IMG/VR virus record: IMGVR_UViG_3300003523_000012
Location: 29,904-93,903 of that record
Length of the DNA stretch: 64,000 nt
Origin: a virus
Lineage: Duplodnaviria; Caudoviricetes
Reading direction: 5' to 3' (one strand)
How positions within the stretch are numbered: position 1 is the stretch's first letter; each line of letters begins with the position of its first letter. Of this stretch, positions 20,166-27,187 are shown piece after piece. Made by a program: the position numbers and the translations under genes. Below the pieces are notes generated by a model. That model saw nothing but the letters and a program-made list of their open reading frames with translations. It was not told the origin of the DNA and searched no databases.

Positions 20166-20463
20166 TCATTAGAAAAAATCTCGCCTTTACGTGATCATTG
20201 ATGAATCTTTAGATCCTATATATGGATGTGTTCAAGGTGGACATGCTGTTGCTCAATATCTCTTAGAGAATCCTGATTCCAAATGGAAGAACAATTATCT
20301 TATCTATTTGAAAGCTAATTTAGAAAGAATTGTTGTTAAACTCCAAAGATATGGAATATGTTATACTGAGTTCCACGAACCAGACCTGGATGGGAAGCTC
20401 ACTGCAATAGCGGTGCTTGACAATCAAAAGGTCTTTAGGAATCTACATTTAATAGGAAGCTAA
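20155..20463 (+). CDS. PTH2-like peptidyl-tRNA hydrolase with in-frame TAG at codon 6
   Basis: RLYVII...VQGGHAVAQY...W.N..LIYL...FHEPDLDGKLTAIA; ATG 20155 overlaps upstream stop; TAG 20170-20172. Confidence 0.7.
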
Positions 20464-20503
20464 GGCTTGTATTAAATAAAAAGGGAGCTAAGGCTCCCGA
20501 TTT

Positions 20504-20575
20504 GCTCGGTTAGTTCAATTGGCAGAACAAGTGGCCCTAACCCACATGACACGGGTTCGAACCCTGTACCGGGCA
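20504..20575 (+). tRNA. amber suppressor tRNA (anticodon CTA)
   Basis: cloverleaf; gtgg-CCCTAAC-ccac anticodon arm; C33 instead of U33. Confidence 0.75.
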
Positions 20576-20584
20576 CATTTTTAT

Positions 20585-20657
20585 GGCGCCATCGTCTAGA
20601 GGCCTAGGACACCAGATTTTCATTCTGGGAACCCCGATTCGAATTCGGGTGGTGCTA
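20585..20657 (+). tRNA. tRNA-Glu(TTC)
   Basis: loop TTTTCAT. Confidence 0.92.
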
Positions 20658-20799
20658 CAAAGAATATAAGATTGCAGCAATACTAGTTAGGCTGGTCTTT
20701 CCGTGAGAGTCGGACGTATATCCTGCAACGATAGCGATGATCCCGACGCATTGGTTGGTGTAGCAAAGGACGTCCAGAGGTAGCTCCTCTGGAATTAAA

Positions 20800-20872
20800 C
20801 TTCCTATAGTTCAATGGATTAGAACGTAGGTCTACGGAACCTTAGATGGGGGTTCGAGTCCCTCTAGGAAGA
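20800..20872 (+). tRNA. tRNA-Arg(ACG)
   Basis: loop CTACGGA. Confidence 0.92.
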
Positions 20873-20881
20873 CTAACATAT

Positions 20882-20955
20882 TGCGGGATGGACTGGAGAG
20901 GTTCCAGCTGGGTCTCATAAGCCCAATGACGGGGGTTCGATTCCCTCTCCCGCTA
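20882..20955 (+). tRNA. tRNA-Met(CAT), initiator-like
   Basis: loop CTCATAA; GGG/CCC anticodon stem; unpaired 1:72. Confidence 0.85.
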
Positions 20956-21092
20956 CTAATTCATCTATACCGATAATTCAGTTGATAATTCTAGATGAGT
21001 CTTCTGATGTTGGGGGTTACTAGTGGATGTATTGACGAGTATATAAGCTAGTTATAAAAAACGTGGTTCGATACCTCAATAGGTGGCTAATT

Positions 21093-21183
21093 AGAGAGAT
21101 ACCCAAGTTGGTGAAGGGACCAGTTTGCTAAACTGGCAGGGCAGCTAATCACTGTCGCGTGGGTTCGAGCCCCACTCTCTCTG
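21093..21183 (+). tRNA. tRNA-Ser(GCT)
   Basis: loop TTGCTAA; long variable arm. Confidence 0.92.
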
Positions 21184-21196
21184 CAAAGAATTATAT

Positions 21197-21321
21197 GGGG
21201 CGGTGGTGAAATTAGTAAAAAAGCTCCACTGCATGAATGGTGGTGATACTGCAAAGATTAAAAGGTATACACACAAATTCTGTTAAATTTGAAAATGTTG
21301 GTTCGAGTCCAACCCGCCCCA
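21197..21321 (+). ncRNA. tRNA-like RNA with ACTGCAA-stem insertion in D-loop
   Basis: ggggcgg/ccgcccc acceptor; T arm gttggttcgagtccaac; ~50-nt D-loop insert. Confidence 0.6.
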
Positions 21322-21326
21322 CTTAT

Positions 21327-21450
21327 AGGGAGATAGTGTAATGTATGGTAGCACGCGTTAATTTTATGACTTTTAATATGAAAGTCTAACAGCAATTAAT
21401 GTAAATGTCTTTGGTGTAACGTAGTGAAGGTTCGAATCCTTCTCTCCCTG
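21327..21450 (+). ncRNA. tRNA-like RNA with ACAGCAA-stem insertion in anticodon arm
   Basis: agggaga/tctccct acceptor; insert gacttt...aaagtc-taACAGCAA. Confidence 0.7.
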
Positions 21451-21455
21451 CTAAC

Positions 21456-21576
21456 CATGCAGTAGCTCAGTTGGTAGAGCACGTTTTTTGTGACTCTTGT
21501 AGAAGCGTGAGTCCTACAGCAATTGATTTTTGTCCTTCCAAGACCGGGGTCGTGGGTTCGAGTCCCACCTGCATGG
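21456..21576 (+). ncRNA. tRNA-like RNA with ACAGCAA-stem insertion in anticodon arm
   Basis: canonical D and T arms; insert gactc-ttg...gagtc-ctACAGCAA. Confidence 0.7.
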
Positions 21577-21584
21577 CTTTATAT

Positions 21585-21658
21585 GGTGTTAGTAGCTCAG
21601 TTGGTAGAGCGCTAGATTGTGGTTCTAGTGGTCGCAGGTTCGATCCCTGTCTAACACA
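21585..21658 (+). tRNA. tRNA-His(GTG)
   Basis: loop TTGTGGT; G-1 present. Confidence 0.92.
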
Positions 21659-21668
21659 CAAATCAAAA

Positions 21669-21775
21669 TGAGACTGGTTGGAGGCATTGGCCTCATTCGG
21701 CGCTCTTCAATTGAAGAGAGACATCCGGCGCGAACTTGGTCAGGAAAGGACGTGAGTAACACGGAATCAGTCTCA
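21669..21775 (+). ncRNA. unassigned ~107-nt structured RNA
   Basis: closing stem tgagactggtt/aatcagtctca. Confidence 0.55.
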
Positions 21776-21779
21776 AATT

Positions 21780-21853
21780 GCGGGAGTAGCTCAGTTGGCT
21801 AGAGCGGAACCTTGCCAAGGTCCAGGTCGGGGGTTCGAGTCCCCTCTCCCGCT
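21780..21853 (+). tRNA. tRNA-Gly(GCC)
   Basis: loop TTGCCAA. Confidence 0.93.
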
Positions 21854-21855
21854 CA

Positions 21856-21958
21856 AATTCGCCGATAGGCATATCCTAGGCCGCCTCTGATGGCGGAATA
21901 ACCAGTATCTTATATAATTTATCATCTCAAGAATAAACCGCCATCAGGCGGAAAATTT
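21856..21958. repeat. dispersed GC-rich element, copy 3
   Basis: tggcggaataaccagt...tataatttatcatctcaa.aataaaccgccatcaggcgg shared with copy 4. Confidence 0.85.
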
Positions 21959-21964
21959 ATTGGT

Positions 21965-21992
21965 GTTAACTTCTGAAATTGTTGTATATATT
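21965..21992 (+). promoter_or_regulatory. putative phage promoter GTTAA-N17-TATATT
   Basis: exact motif before second tRNA block. Confidence 0.7.
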
Positions 21993-22039
21993 ATGATTGC
22001 TGAGGTAAATAACTATACTGAAGCAATTATTATACATAA

Positions 22040-22063
22040 GTTCTTTGACATACTGGCTAGAAT
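22040..22063 (+). promoter_or_regulatory. boxA-like antitermination element
   Basis: gttctttgacatactggctagaat. Confidence 0.6.
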
Positions 22064-22065
22064 TA

Positions 22066-22205
22066 AAGATATCCGAAAAGGGATCGGGAGGTTCTCACAA
22101 ACCAGAAACCCTGAGGCTGATGGTCCAGAATTGCGAGAGCAATTCTGGACCATCAGTCGACAGCTCACTGGGTAATTCCCAAGGAACGCTGTTAGGCGAG
22201 AAATA
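22066..22205 (+). ncRNA. unassigned structured RNA with 20-bp GAGA-capped hairpin
   Basis: ggctgatggtccagaattgc-gaga-gcaattctggaccatcagtc (22115-22158). Confidence 0.5.
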
Positions 22206-22206
22206 T

Positions 22207-22278
22207 TGAGCTGTGGTATAATTGGCAACACGTCGGGTTTTGGTCCCGAAGTTCTGGGTTCGAGTCCCGGCAGCTCAA
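22207..22278 (+). tRNA. tRNA-Gln(TTG)
   Basis: loop TTTTGGT. Confidence 0.92.
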
Positions 22279-22285
22279 CAAAAAT

Positions 22286-22358
22286 GTCCGAGTGTCCGAA
22301 TTGGCTTAGGTGACGGTCTGCAAAACCGTCTATGCAGGTTCAAGTCCTGTCTCGGACT
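22286..22358 (+). tRNA. tRNA-Cys(GCA)
   Basis: loop CTGCAAA; U73. Confidence 0.93.
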
Positions 22359-22374
22359 CTTAGGAAAATAATAT

Positions 22375-22449
22375 GCGCAGGTAGCTCAGTTGGTTTAGAG
22401 CACTTGTCTGATACACAAGAGGTCGAAGGTTCGATTCCTTCTCTGCGCA
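22375..22449 (+). tRNA. tRNA-Ile(GAT)
   Basis: loop CTGATAC. Confidence 0.92.
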
Positions 22450-22455
22450 CTGAAT

Positions 22456-22522
22456 GGAAGCCTTACAGCAAATTTTTCAGCACTAATTTATAAACTAGGA
22501 ACGCTTAAAATGGGGCTTCTGA
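22456..22522 (+). ncRNA. ACAGCAA-stem small RNA (Y RNA-like candidate)
   Basis: ggaagcc-ttACAGCAA...ggcttct-ga. Confidence 0.65.
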
Positions 22523-22526
22523 ACTT

Positions 22527-22598
22527 GCGGGTATAGCACAACGGTTAGTGTAAGAGATTTCCAATCTTTTGATGTGGGTTCGATTCCCATTACCCGCT
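22527..22598 (+). tRNA. tRNA-Gly(TCC)
   Basis: loop TTTCCAA. Confidence 0.92.
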
Positions 22599-22827
22599 CT
22601 AGAGGTGAAATGATATACCCTCTCAATGATGGCAGTGTAACGTGTTGCACATACTTGTGAGTGGATGAGTCCCATCATTGCCCTGATCTAGGATCAGTTT
22701 CCATATTTTATACACAACTCCATTTCGGCAATACATTCCTCGAAGCCGTTATCACACATAAGACAAACCAGAGAAGGAGAGAGGGCGATGCAATGGTTGA
22801 AGCGATGAATTATATAAAGAGACTAAG

Positions 22828-23073
22828 AATGACACTCATTGGACGTATAAGAAGTCCCTTGAGAAAGATACTCAGTGTGCCTCGAGAGAGTGTATCATTA
22901 AAAGGTAAAAGCCGTGAACAGGTGTGTGGAGTTCTCAAGTGAAAAATTCCGTAATTAGCGGTAGAGAGAATATAAGCACCACGGATGTAGCACTGATTGA
23001 ATGCTAGACAAATCGATAGGGGTTCTACCTCATCCCCGATAATCAGTCTGGATTCTGACTGGTGAGTGTCATT
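22828..23073 (+). ncRNA. unassigned ~245-nt structured RNA
   Basis: 15-bp closing stem aatgacactcattgg/ctggtgagtgtcatt. Confidence 0.55.
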
Positions 23074-23083
23074 TCTTTTTTAT

Positions 23084-23157
23084 GCACTTGTAGCCCAACT
23101 GGCAGAGGCCTATGACTTAGGATCATAAAAGTGTGAGTTCGAATCTCACCAGGTGCA
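23084..23157 (+). tRNA. tRNA-Leu(TAG), short variable arm
   Basis: loop CTTAGGA. Confidence 0.88.
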
Positions 23158-23161
23158 CTAT

Positions 23162-23235
23162 GTTCCAGTAGCCCAACTGGCAGAGGCAATAGTTTGAGGG
23201 ACTATACAGTGGCAGTTCGAATCTGCCTTGGAACA
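23162..23235 (+). tRNA. tRNA-Leu(GAG), short variable arm
   Basis: loop TTGAGGG. Confidence 0.88.
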
Positions 23236-23246
23236 CAAATTAATAT

Positions 23247-23319
23247 CTAGGTGTAATTCAGTTGGTAGAATGCTAGAATTGGGATCTAGTTGTCGTCCGT
23301 TCGAGTCGGATCACCTAGA
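23247..23319 (+). tRNA. tRNA-Pro(TGG)
   Basis: loop ATTGGGA. Confidence 0.9.
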
Positions 23320-23375
23320 CGAAGAGATGTCAAGCTCGAGTTAAAAAATTTCGACAAATTGTTTATTATCATAAT

Positions 23376-24359
23376 ATGATGGATAAAAAAGTATTTGAAA
23401 TATTTAACTCGAGCTATTCAAAAATAGAATTGTGTAAAAATCTTGATTTAGATGTATCTCACATGAATGGAAGTAATGTTGATAAATTACTAAATAAGAT
23501 TATGAAAGATTCTGATTTTGAAATGGATATTACTGCTAACGGTTTTAAAGAAAGGCGTTTAGCCAGAGAAAAAAAGAAATGGGAAAAAGAACAACCAAAA
23601 TGTAAATTTTGTGGAAAAGTTCTTCCATTTGAAAGAAGATTTAATAAATTTTGTAGTTCTAGTTGTTCTGCTAAAAGTGGAAATAAACAAAGAGCTAAAA
23701 ATGGTTATACTTCAAAAGGTAAAACAAAAAAAGTTAATTGTTTAAAGTGTAATAAAGAAATTGAAGTAAATATCAATTGTGGACAAAAATCTTATTTTTG
23801 TAAAGAGTGTAGACCTAAATCTGTAAATAGTCTTAGACTAATTGAACATACTTGTATAATTTGTGGAAAAAAATATTTTACTAAAAGATATATTTCTAAT
23901 CATTGCTCACCAAAATGTTCAGCAGCAGATCCAAACATTAGAAAAAAGATTAGTGAAACTCAATTACAACACGTAAAAGATGGAACTCATAAAGGTTGGA
24001 CATCTAGAAATATTAGATCTTATCCTGAAAAATTCTTTGAACAAGTATTAAAGAATAATTTTATAGAATTCAAACAAGAAGTCTATATAGAAAAATTCAA
24101 ATATTTCTTAGATTTTCTTATAGAAATTGGTAATAATAAAATTGATCTTGAAATAGATGGTAAACAGCATAAATATGATGATAGAAAAGATAAAGATGTT
24201 GAAAGAGATCAAAATCTTAAAAATGCTGGATATATCATTTATAGAATAGAATGGAATGAGATAAATTCTAAAGAAGGTAAGACAAAAATGAAAGAGAAAA
24301 TTAATAAATTTTTAGAGTTTATTGAACAATATAAATTAGCCCAGTACTCCAATAGGTAG
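23376..24359 (+). CDS. free-standing endonuclease: Zn-ribbon repeats plus DUF559/Vsr-like PD-(D/E)XK domain
   Basis: multiple CxxC; YFLDF...LEIDGKQH...DVERDQNLKNAGY; AT-rich. Confidence 0.8.
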   Translation: MMDKKVFEIFNSSYSKIELCKNLDLDVSHMNGSNVDKLLNKIMKDSDFEMDITANGFKERRLAREKKKWEKEQPKCKFCGKVLPFERRFNKFCSSSCSAKSGNKQRAKNGYTSKGKTKKVNCLKCNKEIEVNINCGQKSYFCKECRPKSVNSLRLIEHTCIICGKKYFTKRYISNHCSPKCSAADPNIRKKISETQLQHVKDGTHKGWTSRNIRSYPEKFFEQVLKNNFIEFKQEVYIEKFKYFLDFLIEIGNNKIDLEIDGKQHKYDDRKDKDVERDQNLKNAGYIIYRIEWNEINSKEGKTKMKEKINKFLEFIEQYKLAQYSNR

Positions 24360-24411
24360 AGGGAGTCGGCTCAAACCCGATACAGTGTGAGTTCGAATCT
24401 CACCTGGGCTA
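24338..24411 (+). tRNA. tRNA-Leu(CAA), short variable arm
   Basis: loop CTCAAAC; overlaps end of endonuclease ORF. Confidence 0.87.
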
Positions 24412-24440
24412 CAAACAGAATACCTATCTGCAATAGGCAT

Positions 24441-24597
24441 GATACATTCACAGCAATGCTTTATCCCAGAAGGTGTAACTCAAATGGACTAGAGTCTTGA
24501 CATCCTGAAGAATAGCAGCTCTTTTTAGGGAAGTGTCATAGAGATCCGGGTTCGAATCCCGGCACCCTCAGATCTTAGATCCTTTATAATGTATTGA
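24441..24597 (+). ncRNA. ACAGCAA-stem RNA enclosing a tRNA-like domain
   Basis: gatacatt-cACAGCAA...aatgtatt-ga around D arm and ccgggttcgaatcccgg T arm. Confidence 0.65.
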
Positions 24598-24610
24598 TTC
24601 TGTATTTTTT

Positions 24611-24684
24611 GTCGGTGTAGCGGAGCTGGTTTCTTGCGCCGCTCTCATAAGGCGGAGACGGTGGTTCGATTCCACCCACCGGCA
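24611..24684 (+). tRNA. tRNA-Met(CAT)
   Basis: loop CTCATAA. Confidence 0.88.
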
Positions 24685-24701
24685 CGAAAGTGAAAAAAGC
24701 T

Positions 24702-24771
24702 ATGGCATGTAGCTCAGTTGGTAGAGTGGACAATATCTTGTCAGGTCGCTAGTTCAAGTCTAGCCATGATA
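24702..24771 (+). pseudogene. tRNA-like element with collapsed anticodon loop
   Basis: canonical D/T arms; gacaa-tatc-ttgtc 4-nt loop; poor acceptor pairing. Confidence 0.5.
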
Positions 24772-24828
24772 AATAGTTTGTATCGCTTCACATGGTACCT
24801 AGTCGTTGTGATACACGCTTTCTCGCGA

Positions 24829-24902
24829 GGGCTGTTAGTTTAGCTTGGTAAGAATATCTGGCTTACATCCAGGAGACTACGGTTCAAATCCGTGACGGCC
24901 CA
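24829..24902 (+). tRNA. tRNA-Val(TAC)
   Basis: loop CTTACAT. Confidence 0.92.
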
Positions 24903-25027
24903 CTATTAAAAGTAGGACAGTTAGTTAACGGCTAATTGAGATTGATTCCATATAAATCTCTAACTACTTTTGTTATTTTATATATAAGGTTACCGTTAAT
25001 AACCTTATTCAATAAAGTTAAAAAAAT

Positions 25028-25954
25028 ATGGACAATCAAAAATTTATTTGTGAAAATTGCGGTTTAGAACATAATAGAAGTTATGGTTCTGGACGTTTTT
25101 GCTCTGAAAAATGTGCTAAAAGTTATTCAACTAAAAATGAATCTAAAAAATTAAAAGAAGCAAATTGTATTATTTGTGGAAGAAAAATACACATAAATAA
25201 AAGAGCATCAACAAAAACTTGCAAATGTGAAAAATGTCAAAAACTACATCATAAACCATCTGATTTAAAAATATGTAAGATATGTGGTAAGAAATACTAT
25301 AAACAAGATGGATGTTCAAATCAATTTTGTAAAAATCATAATTTAAATGGATTCAAACTACTTATACAATATTTTGGATTTGATGAATCAAAACTTGGTA
25401 CTATAGAAGTTGAAAATGAATTTTTAAGAATTAAGAATTTGATACATAATTTATACTGGAAAGATAATTTATCCAGTAAAGATATAGCTGAAAAATTTAA
25501 CTTTAAAAGCAAACATTCACTTATTCAAACAGTATTCAAGTTTTTAGATATACCATCTAGAAATTTTAAACAATCAACTTCAAATGCTTACTATACTAGA
25601 AAAATGTGTAGTATTTTAAAAAATCAATATAAATCAGAATGGCATACAACATGGAATGGAAAAGAAGTTTATCTTAGAAGTTCATTTGAAAGTGATTATG
25701 CTAAAGAATTAGATGCCAATGAAATTGATTATGATGTTGAATACCTTAGAATAAAATATTTCAATACTAATAAAAATGAGTATAGATGTGCAATACCAGA
25801 TTTTTATCTTCCAGAAACAAATACAATTGTTGAAATAAAATCTAATTGGACATTAAATATTCAAGAAATGAAAGATAAAAAGAAAGCGTATTTGGAACAA
25901 GGATATAATTTTAAATTGATTCTTGATCATAAAGAAATAGATTTGCCTTTGTAG
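25028..25954 (+). CDS. free-standing endonuclease: Zn-ribbon repeats plus TnsA-like PD-(D/E)XK domain
   Basis: CxxC repeats; YLRSSFE...PDFYL...VEIKS. Confidence 0.8.
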   Translation: MDNQKFICENCGLEHNRSYGSGRFCSEKCAKSYSTKNESKKLKEANCIICGRKIHINKRASTKTCKCEKCQKLHHKPSDLKICKICGKKYYKQDGCSNQFCKNHNLNGFKLLIQYFGFDESKLGTIEVENEFLRIKNLIHNLYWKDNLSSKDIAEKFNFKSKHSLIQTVFKFLDIPSRNFKQSTSNAYYTRKMCSILKNQYKSEWHTTWNGKEVYLRSSFESDYAKELDANEIDYDVEYLRIKYFNTNKNEYRCAIPDFYLPETNTIVEIKSNWTLNIQEMKDKKKAYLEQGYNFKLILDHKEIDLPL

Positions 25955-26017
25955 CTTAATCGGTAGAGCAGCTGTTTAGTAATCAGCAGGTCGTGGGTTC
26001 AAATCCCTCCATCGGCT
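25945..26017 (+). tRNA. tRNA-Thr(AGT)
   Basis: loop TTAGTAA; two acceptor-stem mismatches; overlaps ORF end. Confidence 0.75.
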
Positions 26018-26020
26018 CAA

Positions 26021-26360
26021 AGCTGGCGTCAATGACGCTCTGGTGAAAGGATGTTTGGACGAGGGTTCGACTCCCTCCGGGTCCACTATGATTCTATAGA
26101 ATCACAATTAGCTTATCAACCAAGATGTTGAGAAAGTTAAGATTTGCGAGAACTTAATATGAGACTCGTGATTCAGCGCACTAGCCGGCTGCGTAATTGC
26201 TGGCTTTATAATTGGGCCCGTTTGGTTTTGACAGCATTTGAGTAAGAAGAGAAGAGATGCTGGTGAGTAAGAATAATTCACAAATCTTACACAACTCGTC
26301 TTGCTGCGTAGTCTAGGACTATAGCAATGAGAGGTCTAGGGTGGCACCAAAGTCCACCCA
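26021..26360 (+). ncRNA. ssrA: circularly permuted (two-piece) tmRNA
   Basis: acceptor piece ...ggacgagggttcgactccctc-cgggtccA (ends 26085) precedes coding piece gggcccg-tttggttttgac (starts 26214); G3:U70; tag HKSYTTRLAA* at 26279-26311. Confidence 0.85.
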
Positions 26361-26366
26361 TTTTTT

Positions 26367-26440
26367 GGCTCGGTAGCCCAACTGGCAGAGGCATCAGACT
26401 TAAACCCTGTATAGTGTGAGTTCGAATCTCACTCGGGCCA
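26367..26440 (+). tRNA. tRNA-Leu(TAA), short variable arm
   Basis: loop CTTAAAC; weak anticodon stem. Confidence 0.8.
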
Positions 26441-26450
26441 CTTTTTTCTC

Positions 26451-26478
26451 GTTAACTTCTATCTTATTGATATATATT
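26451..26478 (+). promoter_or_regulatory. putative phage promoter GTTAA-N17-TATATT
   Basis: exact motif. Confidence 0.7.
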
Positions 26479-26508
26479 AGACATGTAATAACCAATAATA
26501 TTAAGAAT

Positions 26509-26808
26509 ATGAATGTATATAGAATTATTAGTAGATGTAAAGTATCAGATTGGGGATGCCATGATTTCTCTGTTGAGACTGAGGTCTATGACTCTGTTGA
26601 AGAAGCAAAAGAGGACTATCCTAAATTTGATGAGACTTCTTCACGTGCTATTGAAGAGTATGATATGGAAGAGTACTATATACTTGGAACAGCTAAGCAA
26701 ATCCAAGACACTTATGACCGTGGCAAATGGTATGATTTGTGTGGTGATGAAGATGAGATTGAAGCTCATGCGAAAGAGTTCACTTATGAAGTCGATAACC
26801 TTGAATAG
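26509..26808 (+). CDS. hypothetical acidic protein
   Basis: ATG at 26509 after promoter; longer annotated start lies inside a tRNA. Confidence 0.75.
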   Translation: MNVYRIISRCKVSDWGCHDFSVETEVYDSVEEAKEDYPKFDETSSRAIEEYDMEEYYILGTAKQIQDTYDRGKWYDLCGDEDEIEAHAKEFTYEVDNLE

Positions 26809-26834
26809 TAAAAATATTAAGTCATGTGCAAGTT

Positions 26835-27104
26835 ATGAAATCAATATTAAAATTTATTAATGAATCTGAAAAGAAATATGATAATTTTCTTAATTTGCCT
26901 CCTATAACAGAATTAGGAGATGGTGAATATGATTGTGCTATTTGGGGACACAGTGTTGCTTATGACGGTAAGAAATATTATTCAGAAATTGGTATAATGA
27001 ATATTTATCCTATCAAGATAAAGATAATCATCAAAGATAAAAAAGAAAGATTTGGAGATTCAGATAATCTTCAAAGAGCGGAATTAAAAAAACTTTTCGA
27101 TTAA
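26835..27104 (+). CDS. hypothetical protein with T4 capsid-targeting-like N-terminus
   Basis: MKSILKFINE-S. Confidence 0.6.
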   Translation: MKSILKFINESEKKYDNFLNLPPITELGDGEYDCAIWGHSVAYDGKKYYSEIGIMNIYPIKIKIIIKDKKERFGDSDNLQRAELKKLFD

Positions 27105-27187
27105 TTATAATCACTATCAAATCTATATAGTTAGAAATGGTGGGAAGAAATTGAAAAGCAAAAGTTGAACTAATAAAAATAAAGACT

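Noticed and set aside
20968-21088. Additional tRNA
   Set aside because: Only a T-loop-like ggttcgatacc; no convincing cloverleaf.
21197-21576. Group I or archaeal-type tRNA introns
   Set aside because: Inserts are far too short for group I introns and show no clear bulge-helix-bulge; they carry the ACAGCAA module instead.
17951-22231. ORFs overlapping tRNA genes (17951, 19316, 21467, 21471, 21960, 22013)
   Set aside because: Shadow translations of RNA genes.
22828-23073. RNase P RNA
   Set aside because: No GAGGAAAGUC and no ACAGAA..CGGCUUA conserved regions; kept as an unassigned RNA.
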